A DNA stretch of 64,000 nt from an uncultured delta proteobacterium (GTDB lineage: Bacteria; Myxococcota; B64-G9). Position 1 is the stretch's first letter, and every line of letters starts with the position of its first letter. The DNA is taken from positions 96,001 through 160,000 of the forward strand of contig CAVWHX010000012.1 of NCBI GenBank assembly GCA_963754925.1, in the 5' to 3' direction. The notes under the pieces were generated by a model that did not search any database, was not told where the DNA came from, and saw nothing but the letters and a program-made list of their open reading frames with translations. Both the position numbers and the translations under genes were made by a program. Shown here one piece after another: positions 10,197-20,050 of this stretch.

Positions 10197-12125
10197 TCAT
10201 TCAAGCTGTTGTTTGCGGCAGCCCCAGGTTAGAGTGTACTCATAGGTGCCGAGCTCATCGCGCCAGTACTCTCCCTCATAGGGCCAGAAATGTTTCTCGT
10301 CATCCGTGGCAGCGGTCCAATCGTACGGTAACAAGGTTGGACCAAGATCCTGTTCGCCGGTCCTCGCTTTTTTAAGAACCTCCATCTCGGCGGTGTTATT
10401 TTCCACAACAATACTTCTTGCCTGAGATATTTGAACTCGAAGAGAGTCACGCTCTTGCTCAAGTCGTCTTTTGGTGAGGAGCCCGGCCCCTTTTATCAAC
10501 TCACCTCTGCGCCGTACCAGGCTGTCTTTAAGCAAGGTCGCGAATTTATTCTTCGAGAAGATATCCTTTTGCTTGCCGATACGCTCAAGCTCTCGTTCGA
10601 TCTCAAGTACAAAGGTATTGAGCACCTGTAGATCCTTATCGGATAACGCCACCTTAAGGATACGGCGGAGGAGGTCGCCCGCCTTGCCTTCCGGCGGAAT
10701 CTGCTGAATGGCAAGCAGTTGTTTGTAGTAGTTATCAGGAGACTGTTCCTTTGTGGTCAGTTTTTCGAGCTCTTTAAAAAGCGGCTCGTACCGCCTCTTG
10801 AATTCTTCCACTATTTGGTTTGACTCAGGATAGCGGCAATTTTCGTAATACGTGACTGCTTTGAGTATGAGTGACTCGGGAAAGTACTCATCACGAAAGA
10901 AGGGGCTATCAAGGGTTATCAGGTTGCCGAGCGCTTTTTGGTACATAGCGATCCTAAACCAGGCCCACGAAGCCTCGAACAAAGACTCCAACCAATTTTC
11001 ACTATCGCGATGGATATGGTCATAGTAAAACAGCGCATAACGGAACTGTTTGTGGCTATAATGCGTTCGCGCTAATTGGAAAAACGCTAACTCGCGAAGT
11101 TTGTCGTCGCGAAATGATCCTGTCTTCGGGTGCAGTAAGCGCACAACCTCCCGGAAATTGTCGATAGCGACCTCGAAATTCTCTTGTTTAAAGGCGATAA
11201 GACCCTGTAGATATTTGGCTTTCGGGTAGAATTTATTCTTTTCATTAATCTGCAACAACAAGGCGTTTGATTTTGATAAAAATCCAACTGAATCCGTGGG
11301 CAAAGCGGTCGGTCCGGCCTTTTTTGTTGTGTCTAGGTCAAGGCCAAAACCTTCATCTTTTTTAGGTTCTGCTTTTTTATTGCCCGCGCTGAGATCGAAA
11401 CCAAATTCCTCTATCGGCTTTTCCTTGGCAGTATCCTCCGATTTGGAGGATGCAGCGGCAACGGTTGTTTTTTCAATCTCAAGCGCTCTGACATAGAAAT
11501 ACTTGCCGAGAAGAAATAAGAACTCATCTTTATATTTGTCCGGAAACTCGATGTCGGCATAACGAGCGATATACCTGAGCACCTCGGTCTGATCGGAGAT
11601 CTTGTGGCTTATAAAGAAAAGCCACTCAAGCGAGGTCTTGAAGTATTTGTGATCGGTTCCCTTATCGATGATGCCGCCAAAATACTTCAGAGCAGAATGG
11701 TACAAACCCATACGATAGAGCGCCTTGCCCAACTGGTACTCGGCCGCTTGAAAAAACTCCTTCGCCTTTGGGTTGTTGTAAATTTCCCAAAAATCAATCG
11801 CGGCGACGGCAAAATCCTCATTCTTCAGGTGGTCGAGGGCCTTATCCATCGCCTCCTTTTCGACATTCTTCACCGAGACATCGAGGGTCTCGAACCCGAG
11901 ATCGACACCCGCCTTGCCGGCCGCTGCCTTGGCGGCAGGTTTTCGAGAGGGTTTCTCGGTTGTCTTTTGGGCCGGCTCGGCCTTCTTCTGGCTATCAACT
12001 CCTGTGGGAGCATTGCTCTGGGCCAGCGCCAAGCCACTCACTGGCAACAACCAACCTGGGCCAGTGACAGACAGCAGAAAAGCCACGGACGAGATCGTAC
12101 AAAGCTTTACTAATGAAAAAGCCAT
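10197..12125 (-). CDS. gltC: GltC TPR protein
   Basis: Motifs EYQLGKALYRMGLYHSAL, KYFKTSLEWLFFISHK, ALGNLITLDSPFFRDEYFPE and terminal WPYEGEYWRDELGTYEYTLTWGC. ATG 12125 follows GAGGTGA. Confidence 0.9.
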   Translation of the reverse strand: MAFSLVKLCTISSVAFLLSVTGPGWLLPVSGLALAQSNAPTGVDSQKKAEPAQKTTEKPSRKPAAKAAAGKAGVDLGFETLDVSVKNVEKEAMDKALDHLKNEDFAVAAIDFWEIYNNPKAKEFFQAAEYQLGKALYRMGLYHSALKYFGGIIDKGTDHKYFKTSLEWLFFISHKISDQTEVLRYIARYADIEFPDKYKDEFLFLLGKYFYVRALEIEKTTVAAASSKSEDTAKEKPIEEFGFDLSAGNKKAEPKKDEGFGLDLDTTKKAGPTALPTDSVGFLSKSNALLLQINEKNKFYPKAKYLQGLIAFKQENFEVAIDNFREVVRLLHPKTGSFRDDKLRELAFFQLARTHYSHKQFRYALFYYDHIHRDSENWLESLFEASWAWFRIAMYQKALGNLITLDSPFFRDEYFPESLILKAVTYYENCRYPESNQIVEEFKRRYEPLFKELEKLTTKEQSPDNYYKQLLAIQQIPPEGKAGDLLRRILKVALSDKDLQVLNTFVLEIERELERIGKQKDIFSKNKFATLLKDSLVRRRGELIKGAGLLTKRRLEQERDSLRVQISQARSIVVENNTAEMEVLKKARTGEQDLGPTLLPYDWTAATDDEKHFWPYEGEYWRDELGTYEYTLTWGCRKQQLE

Positions 12126-12141
12126 CGTCTCACCTCGGAAT

Positions 12142-12891
12142 TTACTGGTATTCATACTCGAAATCCGGCGGGAGGAAGAAGCTTACCGCTATGCCCAACA
12201 TAAGTTGGTTTTGGATATGTGTGTAATTTGCGTCTGCTTCCTCTAGATGAAATCTGTCAGTATAGATCAGGTCTCTTACTTCCAGTTTGATCGCCAGCCA
12301 CGAGGTGACGGAGTAGCGCAGCCCCAAACCGAGGTTGCCCGCCAACTTGGCGCCCGTTGCCGTGGAGACCATCCCCATGCCGCCTATCAGGTAGGCGTCA
12401 AACGGCACGATATCGTTGGTAAAGAAAGAAAGCTTGCCATAGAGTGGCGACCATAACAGGCTGCCCATGAAGTAATAACGCATCTGGCTGACCAGAGGCA
12501 GCGCCTGGTTCGCCCGCTGAAAGTAACCGACCATATCGGTTTGGAAGTCAACGATGTAAATTCCCTGGATCTCTAAGCCGAGACCATCCGCCATGTGGTA
12601 GGTTCCCGCTGCCCCGATTCCCAATCTTTGGTAAAATGCGTCGTTAAGACTAAGGCAAAAAGTCGGGGTAAGCTCCCAGCGGTTGTACTTAAGAAACGCC
12701 CTGCGCTGAATGCTTTTAATACGGTCCTCGCGCAATTCAACTTCCTTCTTCTCTTCGGGCGGCGGCGCCTTGGCCTCCTCGGATTTCTTCGTTTCGGCGG
12801 GCTGTACGACCTGATCGGCCGCGAGCGCTATCGAGGAAGCAACCACTACGCCCAGTATCACTCCAAGGGTACAAGCATGGATGAGCTTCAT
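12142..12891 (-). CDS. gltA: GltA outer-membrane beta-barrel protein
   Basis: Signal peptide; DRIKSIQRRAFLK..RWEL..SLNDAFY; WSPLYGK; KLEVRD; directly upstream of gltC. Confidence 0.8.
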   Translation of the reverse strand: MKLIHACTLGVILGVVVASSIALAADQVVQPAETKKSEEAKAPPPEEKKEVELREDRIKSIQRRAFLKYNRWELTPTFCLSLNDAFYQRLGIGAAGTYHMADGLGLEIQGIYIVDFQTDMVGYFQRANQALPLVSQMRYYFMGSLLWSPLYGKLSFFTNDIVPFDAYLIGGMGMVSTATGAKLAGNLGLGLRYSVTSWLAIKLEVRDLIYTDRFHLEEADANYTHIQNQLMLGIAVSFFLPPDFEYEYQ

Positions 12892-12894
12892 GGC

Positions 12895-13598
12895 TTACTC
12901 CTCTACGATGCCTTCCAAGAAGAAGAGCTTAGGCCAAGGTTAAACATTAGTTGGTGCTGGAAGTGCGAACTGGACGGTTGGCCCTCTTTAATGGTGACCT
13001 CATCATTGAAAATCATGAAGTCCTTCAGCTCGGCCTTGAGCGCCAGGCTACGGGTGAAAAACCACCTAATTCCAAGGCCGAACGTGGCGGCAAGTCCAAC
13101 GTCGGTTTTTTTATCGGCAAGTTCCCCGCCAATGGCGCCAAAACCTAGCAACAAATAAGTGTCAAAGTGCATCACGGCTTCGCTGGCGACGTTGATCTTG
13201 CCGTAGATTGGCGCCCAGGTGAGGTCGATATCTGCCAACCAGGTGCGCTTTCCTGAATAGGGAATGACCATGCTTTTATTATCGCTGCTGTACAAGGAGG
13301 TATTGCTGGTTTTTATGTTGAGTTTGTCAAAGGTATAGGTGCCGATAGCCTGGATGGCAAAGGCCTCGGAAATATGGTAGGCTAATCCTGCACCAAATCC
13401 AAGCTTTTCGTAGAAGGCGTCGTTGAGACTGATACTGGTCAACGGAAAAATCATAAGCTCCAGCCGCCTGCTTTTAACGAAAACGCGGTTGGAAACTGAA
13501 CTGATTCGATCTTTTAGTTCTTTTGGCGTTTCCTCGGCAAAGGCTGGGCGCATCCATGAGATCGCCAAAAAAACGATCATCAGGGTGATCTTTTTCAC
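12895..13598 (-). CDS. gltB: GltB outer-membrane beta-barrel protein (probable frameshift near the 3' end, ~12925)
   Basis: Paralog of gltA (SLNDAFY, WAPIYGK, KAELKD). The ORF ends GLSSSSWKAS, whereas the shifted frame gives ..FFLEGIVEE* with stop 12895-97 and an RBS for gltA. The GTG start at 13598 is inferred. Confidence 0.75.
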
Positions 13599-13725
13599 TG
13601 TTGTGCCCCTTTTTCGGAAGCAAATTTTATTTACCACTCGCTGCTCCATCCCCCTTTTCACATCTCGAAAGCTAACCCACCATCATTTCTAAAATCTCTA
13701 GAATTCTGAGTATAATCAGGTTTTA

Positions 13726-13754
13726 AGTCTAGTACGGGGCATCTGACCTGTCAA
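13726..13754 (-). promoter_or_regulatory. Sigma70-type promoter for the gltBACDEFG operon
   Basis: Minus strand reads TTGACA-17 nt-TAGACT upstream of gltB. Confidence 0.6.
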
Positions 13755-13887
13755 GGTAATTTCCCTTTTTAATTGTAGAATTAATGGGTTTTAGGATGGA
13801 TTTTTTCTTGTCTTTCTGCCCGCGATCATGATAAAAAATATTAGTTATACCGGTCAAAGTCAGAGCGGGACTATTGGGAGTAATTAC

Positions 13888-14640
13888 ATGCGATATTCCG
13901 TGTTGGCCTTAATTGTCATAACGACTGTTTCAACACTTATGCTTATCGGCTGCAACGAGTCATCGATCGGACAACCCTGTCAATTCGATTGGCCGGAAAA
14001 TGACTCCGGGACGGCTACGCCGTGCACTTCCCTCCCCCAATGTCACCCTCTGTTGAATCCCTCTAGTACTACTGGTGGAGTTCCTGTGGCTGCCTGCCCG
14101 CTCGATTGTATCGCTATTTCATCGATACAATGCGTGGATTTGTTCTGTGTCGCCACCCAGGTTCCCGACGACTACCAACAAATGAACGGTCAGTGCACGT
14201 TGGTAGATAATCCCTCCGACACGCAATGCCCGAAAAAACTTTCTAGCTGTATGGGCTATTGCACTAAGGAATGCAACACGGATAAGGATTGCCCTAAAGA
14301 CTACACCTGTAACACGACGGCACCCTACACGCTTCCGTGCAGCGATGCAGATGCAGTAAATTGGGGGACCGTGTGCACCGCTGACTGTATCCCCTCCGGC
14401 CAGCAGATTCCCGGTCAAGCATCAGGCACCAACTGTCCCTCAGATGTTAATATATGCAAAAACGATATAACTTCGAACTATAATACATGCTGCCTCTGCA
14501 TTTGCAGCAAATTCTGCCCGTTGTTAAAACAGAAAGTCTGCCGCAAAAGTACCTATGATGCGAAGCTGTTCCCCAACGGTAGCTTGAGTGACGCGGACTT
14601 CAATACACTCAATCAGTGCTATCAGCAGTCTAGTCAATGA
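13888..14640 (+). CDS. cglC: CglC/GltK/AgmO-like Cys-rich outer-membrane lipoprotein
   Basis: Lipobox LIGC followed by NESSIGQPC, ..QCVDLFCV.., GYCTKEC. Divergent from gltB. ATG 13888 follows GGGAG. Confidence 0.7.
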   Translation: MRYSVLALIVITTVSTLMLIGCNESSIGQPCQFDWPENDSGTATPCTSLPQCHPLLNPSSTTGGVPVAACPLDCIAISSIQCVDLFCVATQVPDDYQQMNGQCTLVDNPSDTQCPKKLSSCMGYCTKECNTDKDCPKDYTCNTTAPYTLPCSDADAVNWGTVCTADCIPSGQQIPGQASGTNCPSDVNICKNDITSNYNTCCLCICSKFCPLLKQKVCRKSTYDAKLFPNGSLSDADFNTLNQCYQQSSQ

Positions 14641-14719
14641 ATCATAAGAGGCATTCAAGAAGCCATGGTAACAAAGTAAGCGTCAGACCCAAGTTTTGAA
14701 GTCTGATGATCTCCAGATA

Positions 14720-14749
14720 TTGACAGCGAGTCGATCCCTTTCATAGAGT
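14720..14749 (+). promoter_or_regulatory. Possible sigma70 promoter for the Ldh2-family gene
   Basis: TTGACA-18 nt-TAGAGT about 110 bp upstream of ATG 14860. Confidence 0.4.
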
Positions 14750-14859
14750 CATTAAAAGTGGGGAGTGTCCGGCGATCAGATACCGGGCAAGCCTATCGGC
14801 AAAATCGGGGATCAAGGGATCCTCGATGTGACTACTAAAGAATAGAGATCGAGGAGACC

Positions 14860-15975
14860 ATGGGATCACCACAACAAGTCTACTGGGTCGCGTTTGACAA
14901 GCTGGAAGCATTCATGAAGGACGTGTTCATCGGCATCGGGGTGCCGCCTGAAGACGCCGCTATCTGCGCCGATATTCTGATTACCTCCGACAAGCGTGGA
15001 ATCGACTCCCACGGAATAGGCCGACTCAAACCCATCTATTACGACCGCATCAAACAGGGGATCCAATTCCCGAAGACGCAGTTCGAAATCGTCCGAGAAG
15101 GCCCCACCACGGCCGTCATCGATGGTCACCACGGTATGGGCCACGTTATCGGCAAGCGCGCCATGCAAATGACCATTGACAAGGCCAAAAAGTTTGGCAT
15201 GGGCATGGTGGCGGTCCGCAACTCCACCCATTACGGCATCGCCGGTTATTACGTGCTGATGGCCACGAACGAAGGCATGATCGGGTTGAGCGGCACCAAC
15301 GCGCGTCCATCGATCGCGCCGACCTTCGGAGTCGAAAACATGCTCGGGACCAATCCCCTGACGTTTGGAATCCCAACCGACGAGGATTTTCCTTTCGTGA
15401 TTGACTGCGCCACCAGCGTTACCCAGCGCGGCAAGATTGAGCTGTACGAACGGCAAGGTAAGGATGTCCCCCCCGGCTGGGTGATCGATGTGGAAGGCCG
15501 CTCGCGCACCGATACCAGCCAAATCCTAAAGGATTTGGTGGCCGGCACCGCTGCGCTGACGCCGCTCGGAGGTCTCGGGGAAGAAACCGGCGGCTACAAG
15601 GGCTACGGATATGCAACCGTGGTCGAGATTTTGAGCGCGGCGCTTCAACAGGGCGCCTTTCTTAAGGGACTGCTGGGCTTCGAAAACGGCAAGCCGGTGC
15701 CGTACAAGCTCGGCCACTTTTTCATGGCGATCGATGTGGCGGCTTTTGTGGATGTCGAGGCCTTTAAGAAAACCAGCGGTGAGATATGCCGCGAGCTTAG
15801 AAATTCCAAGAAAGCGCCTGGCGCCGAACGTATTTATACCGCCGGCGAGAAAGAGCATCTGGCTTGGCTTGAGCGAAAGGACAAGGGCGTCCCGGTAAAC
15901 GATGCCTTGATCAAGCACATCAACGTTATGCGCGCCGAGTGCAAGTTAACGAAATACTCTTTCCCATGGGACTAG
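14860..15975 (+). CDS. Ldh2-family (type 2 malate/L-lactate) oxidoreductase
   Basis: Motifs DKRGIDSHG, NSTHYGIAGYY, GTNPL, DCATS, GGYKGYG, IYTAGEKE; GAGGAG RBS. Confidence 0.9.
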   Translation: MGSPQQVYWVAFDKLEAFMKDVFIGIGVPPEDAAICADILITSDKRGIDSHGIGRLKPIYYDRIKQGIQFPKTQFEIVREGPTTAVIDGHHGMGHVIGKRAMQMTIDKAKKFGMGMVAVRNSTHYGIAGYYVLMATNEGMIGLSGTNARPSIAPTFGVENMLGTNPLTFGIPTDEDFPFVIDCATSVTQRGKIELYERQGKDVPPGWVIDVEGRSRTDTSQILKDLVAGTAALTPLGGLGEETGGYKGYGYATVVEILSAALQQGAFLKGLLGFENGKPVPYKLGHFFMAIDVAAFVDVEAFKKTSGEICRELRNSKKAPGAERIYTAGEKEHLAWLERKDKGVPVNDALIKHINVMRAECKLTKYSFPWD

Positions 15976-16472
15976 TCGGAGTCCAAACTAACGTGCGCGC
16001 GCAGATGGCCTTCATAGCTATTCTTTTGATGTTATCCGTCGGGACCATTTTCGCCGCACCGAGAGCGACGGTCATCCCGGCGACCGTACTGGTAGGCAGG
16101 CCAACCATAGAACCGGACAGATCCATCTCCTTTTATGTGTGGACTGATGCGGATAGGCTCCACGTCCGCTGGACGACCGCCGGCAAGCCGGTCCTGTTCT
16201 CAGGTATGCTCAGCTTCGACAGGCCTTTGAAAGACCTCAAGAGACTACTCGACGTCGGATCGGGATGGGTGAAAAATCAGGGGGACCGCATCGTCGTGTT
16301 TAGCGCGACCTCTCGAAACGGAGTGGATGGATTTGACCTAGCGGTGCCGCAGGGCCGAAAGGTTAACGTTGACCTCAAGGTAGACGGCCATGATCCCTCG
16401 CCTAACCAGGTGCTTCTTGGCAGCGCTAAAACTTCGCCAACGGGCATTCCAATAGTTCTATTACTAAGATAA
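15939..16472 (+). CDS. Exported hypothetical protein (true start probably near 16005)
   Basis: Hydrophobic signal-like segment then a beta-rich body (FYVWTD..LHVRWTT...FSG...DGFD). Confidence 0.55.
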   Translation: MQVNEILFPMGLVGVQTNVRAQMAFIAILLMLSVGTIFAAPRATVIPATVLVGRPTIEPDRSISFYVWTDADRLHVRWTTAGKPVLFSGMLSFDRPLKDLKRLLDVGSGWVKNQGDRIVVFSATSRNGVDGFDLAVPQGRKVNVDLKVDGHDPSPNQVLLGSAKTSPTGIPIVLLLR

Positions 16473-16633
16473 CTGCTCTATATAATTACATTATTGTCCA
16501 CTATAATTTAATGGTAATGGAGTTCTAGTGTGATATTAATGTCATCGAGAAGATTGAAAGCGGGATAATAGCGCTTGGTTGTCAGTATGCAAACCCCGTG
16601 ATGCCATGGTTGTATAACTTTTAGGTTTCCTCG

Positions 16634-17641
16634 ATGGCAGCATATTTCACCCGGTGCGTCATTCTATCCATAACGGCGAGTTTATTCTTCTGGGCCTGCG
16701 TTGCACCGTATCCCGTACGGCCATGTCCGGGCGGCTTCAACGCCTCGTTCGTTCAAATGGCTAACCGCGAACGCAGCTATAACCTCCCCGACTGGAAAAG
16801 CGGTCTGCAGTTATTGCGTTCGGTCGGAATACAAACAATCGTTCTTCAATACAGCGGTGACGAGCACGGATTCTATGACGACCAAGCGACCGGAAGCAAA
16901 CCAATCCGCGCGGTGCTTGAGGCGGCGCAGGAACTCAATGTCAGCGTGCTGCTTGGGCTCTATAAGGATCCCGGCTGGCCCGAGACTTTTGCGGTTGATT
17001 TTAATCTTTCTCCCCCACTCGATCAGCCGTCCGAGATGCAGGCGCTCGTGAAACTATGCACTGCGTTTCGCTCATGCGTGGGATGGTTCATCCCGCAACC
17101 CATCGATGAGCATACCTGGGGGTCTGCCGAACGCATGAAGGAACTGCGCTCGTTTCTCGAGCGAACCTCACAAAAGTTGCGCAACCTCACTCCCGGCAAA
17201 CCCATTGCCATTACCTCATTGTTTACCGGCGAACTCGACCCGCAGGCGCACGCCGCGTGGTGGAACCAAATCCTGGCCGAACGTCCCGTCGACATGCTCA
17301 TGTTTCAAGACGGCGTCGGAACCGGGCGCGCCACCGCTGAATCAACCCAGCGCCTCCTGGACGCACTCTGGCCCGTCACCGATACCTTGGGAATCGCTCT
17401 GTGGGCAGTAATTGATGTATTTCACCAAATATATGGACCGCCGCTTAACAACTTACCCTTTGAGGCGGTTCCGGCTACGCTTGAGAGCGTTATCCACAGT
17501 ATTGAGCTCGAGCGCACAACCGGCGCACGACTAGTCGTATTTACGTACCTTGATTACATGGATCCAACGCTTGGTGCCGTTTCGAAAAGGCTCCATCAGG
17601 GTTATGCCGAATGGTGCGAGGGGGAGCTCGAGCAGAAGTAA
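16634..17641 (+). CDS. DUF4434-like lipoprotein (glycoside-hydrolase-like TIM barrel)
   Basis: Lipobox-like FWAC; GIQTIVLQY; VLLGLY.DP; GWFIPQPID; MFQDGVG. Confidence 0.65.
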   Translation: MAAYFTRCVILSITASLFFWACVAPYPVRPCPGGFNASFVQMANRERSYNLPDWKSGLQLLRSVGIQTIVLQYSGDEHGFYDDQATGSKPIRAVLEAAQELNVSVLLGLYKDPGWPETFAVDFNLSPPLDQPSEMQALVKLCTAFRSCVGWFIPQPIDEHTWGSAERMKELRSFLERTSQKLRNLTPGKPIAITSLFTGELDPQAHAAWWNQILAERPVDMLMFQDGVGTGRATAESTQRLLDALWPVTDTLGIALWAVIDVFHQIYGPPLNNLPFEAVPATLESVIHSIELERTTGARLVVFTYLDYMDPTLGAVSKRLHQGYAEWCEGELEQK

Positions 17642-17651
17642 CACACACGTC

Positions 17652-18212
17652 TCAATGGCAAAACCCAAAGACCGCGATACCGATGGGAACGTGCAGTTTG
17701 ACAAAGATAGCGGCGCCCTTTTCGCCACTGACTTCTTGCTGCCATTCGAGTCCAACGACACTCCATCCCGCGGCGAGAGAGGTGGCGAGCCTTGACCTTT
17801 CACCGTACATGACCCCGGCTTGACCCCAAAAGCCGGACCACAAATGGGTTAGCTCAACTTGCAGACCGCCACCCATCGACAGCAGGCCTCCCAGTTCAAA
17901 GGTTGCGCCGACGGCCGCAAAATACGGTTCGTGAACAAAAAGTGCACCTGCACGCACGCGGCCGGCGATGCGCCGGTCTACCTTTTGTTGCGTGTAGAAT
18001 CCATATCCAATTTCCAGCTGGGCATCCCAAGAAATGCCCTTTCGCAAGGGCTCATCGAGCACCACGGGAGATTTATCTGGATGGGTATCAGCCGACCGAG
18101 AAGAACCTTCCTCGATCGGCTGATCCTGACGAGGATCGGCTGATTCCCCTGTGGAGGGAAAGGTACTCGCGATACCGCAGAGAAATAAATATCGAACAAC
18201 CGTATTTCTCAT
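17652..18212 (-). CDS. Exported hypothetical protein, possible small beta-barrel
   Basis: ATG 18212 overlaps the upstream TGA; signal-like N-terminus; alternating Gly/aromatic beta-strand pattern. Confidence 0.5.
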   Translation of the reverse strand: MRNTVVRYLFLCGIASTFPSTGESADPRQDQPIEEGSSRSADTHPDKSPVVLDEPLRKGISWDAQLEIGYGFYTQQKVDRRIAGRVRAGALFVHEPYFAAVGATFELGGLLSMGGGLQVELTHLWSGFWGQAGVMYGERSRLATSLAAGWSVVGLEWQQEVSGEKGAAIFVKLHVPIGIAVFGFCH

Positions 18213-18703
18213 GGCGATGCCGAAGACGAGGCTGTCGAGCTTGCCCTTTTCGTCGGCTGAAGATTCAGGGTGATACCCACTGCTATCCGAGGGCCCGTCA
18301 ATTCTGTAATCGGTAATGCTGTTCCATCGATCGCCTGCTGAAGGCAAGAGTATAGCGGATCAGTTCGTGGGGCGGCCCCGCTTAAGCGCAGTTTCCCATC
18401 ACTGAAAACAAAGTCGAAAGAAAGCGGCCCGATGGGTAACACCGCGCCCGACATCGAGGGAAAACAACGCTCAAGGGCATTGGACATACTTTGGGCAAGG
18501 GGCGTGACGATCTGTTCGGGCTTGACGGTTGGATAGGTGGTGACAACGGCCTCGATGCGAGGGAGAGCCCCTCGTGGTTCCAAATGAATTTCATAGGCAG
18601 CACCGGACGGAGCTTTTCCGGTGGAGTCCGATGTTCGACAGCTTGAGAGGAGAAACAAGAGGAGGACAGTGGAAGAATATCCTCCGTTGAGGAAGGTTCT
18701 CAC
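18209..18703 (-). CDS. Hypothetical lipoprotein, possibly with an AgmX/PglI-C-like fold
   Basis: Lipobox LSSC; helix-CF...strand-strand...SCLQQAI pattern. Confidence 0.5.
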   Translation of the reverse strand: MRTFLNGGYSSTVLLLFLLSSCRTSDSTGKAPSGAAYEIHLEPRGALPRIEAVVTTYPTVKPEQIVTPLAQSMSNALERCFPSMSGAVLPIGPLSFDFVFSDGKLRLSGAAPRTDPLYSCLQQAIDGTALPITELTGPRIAVGITLNLQPTKRASSTASSSASP

Positions 18704-18731
18704 AAAGCGAACCTCTCGGCGTGCGGATATA

Positions 18732-18941
18732 CTATGGAGCCTCTGCGGACTCGACGCAGCCGGTCAAGCCGGCATCGTTCATCTTGCATACATATACTTT
18801 CCGTAAGGCGCCAAATAATAGACCGTCATTGCGCGCGACAATCACCTTGTCGCCGATGACCCCTACTCCACCGTAACTGCAGCCTCCCAAAATACCCACA
18901 GCCACCACGAGAGCTATTACGACCTTTAGTGCTTTCTTCAT
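18732..18941 (-). CDS. Small lipoprotein (69 aa)
   Basis: MKKALKVVIALVVAVGILGGC signal/lipobox preceded by AGGAG; two further Cys. Confidence 0.65.
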   Translation of the reverse strand: MKKALKVVIALVVAVGILGGCSYGGVGVIGDKVIVARNDGLLFGALRKVYVCKMNDAGLTGCVESAEAP

Positions 18942-19265
18942 TTCTTTTCTCCTTCTCGTTTGTGTTTTGACGTGGCGGTAATCCCCGGTCGTGACGGTCT
19001 CAGGCACCGACCAGCTACCTCCACATTCCTTAACTATACTTTGGGCGTACGTCATCCACCCGTGACCGTATAAGTTTGTCCAAATAGCAGTTGTTTGATC
19101 CGAAGTCAAACAAATTAATCGGATCCAGGAAATCGGCTGTTCGACATGCGGTGAGGCAGAATTGCGATGATATAATCAACACTGTCGAACAACTTCGAAC
19201 TTGCATTTGTCGAAAAAATGTGTATTGGTTTTCTATTTACACTTGATGAGGAGGCAGAACATCCG

Positions 19266-19880
19266 ATGATAATTGAGATTAGTCCCACCCACCCACAACC
19301 GAGACTCGTGCGCAGAGTGGTTGAAGCTCTTGCTCAAGGCGCGGTAATCGGATACCCAACCGACACCGTATACGGCATTGGTTGCGATATCTTTTCGAAA
19401 TCCGGCATCGAACGTATCTATCAACTCAAGGATCGCAGCCGCAAAAAGCCCCTGAGCTTTATCTGCGCCGATCTCAAGGATATCAGCCGCTACGCCCAGG
19501 TTCCCGATCACGTGTACCGTACGATGCGCAAGTACCTGCCGGGGCCCTTTACGTTCATCCTCGAAGCAACCAAAGAGGTCCCGCGTATCATGATGTCAAA
19601 GCGCCGGACGGTCGGCATCCGCGTGCCTAATCATCCAATCTGTCTGGCCATGGTCCGGGAGCTGATGCACCCGATCATCAGTACCAGCGCTAACGTCAGC
19701 GAGGAGGCGCCGATCTGCGATCCCCGCGAAATCGACCAACGCATGGGCAAGGTACTCGACCTGGTCGTCGACGGCGGCTCCCTTCCCAATATCCCTTCCA
19801 CGGTCGTTGATCTGAGCGGTGATGTTCCCGTGATCATCCGACAAGGCAAAGGCATCCTGGAAGAGGCCCAGCCGCAATAA
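19266..19880 (+). CDS. Sua5/YciO/YrdC-family threonylcarbamoyl-AMP synthase-like protein
   Basis: YPTDTVYGIGC, PGPFTFIL, TVGIRVP, ISTSAN, PSTVVD; the N-terminus IEISPTHPQPR is YciO-like; GAGGAGG RBS. Confidence 0.9.
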   Translation: MIIEISPTHPQPRLVRRVVEALAQGAVIGYPTDTVYGIGCDIFSKSGIERIYQLKDRSRKKPLSFICADLKDISRYAQVPDHVYRTMRKYLPGPFTFILEATKEVPRIMMSKRRTVGIRVPNHPICLAMVRELMHPIISTSANVSEEAPICDPREIDQRMGKVLDLVVDGGSLPNIPSTVVDLSGDVPVIIRQGKGILEEAQPQ

Positions 19881-19927
19881 GGGTTCCCCCTGAAGGTATG
19901 CGAAGGTATGGCGCTCTGTAAATGACA

Positions 19928-20050
19928 TACAGAGTGCCAGAACAAAGCAGACCAAGGAGCAACGAAGCCGAGGAGTGAGGCGTACTAAATGTACGCCGCA
20001 ACGACGAGGCGAGGCGGCGACGCAGGTATGCGAAGTTATGGCGCTCTGTA
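19928..20050. repeat. MITE/REP-like palindromic element, with a partial second right end at ~19894-19920
   Basis: 26-bp imperfect terminal inverted repeats (TACAGAGTGCCAGAACAAAGCAGACC / GGTATGCGAAGTTATGGCGCTCTGTA, 20/26 matches); central hairpin GGCGTAC-TAAAT-GTACGCC; lies between convergent genes. Confidence 0.65.

Noticed and set aside
16585..16608. Sigma54-like TGGCAT...TTTGCA on the minus strand
   Set aside because: GG-to-GC spacing is 13 nt, not 10.
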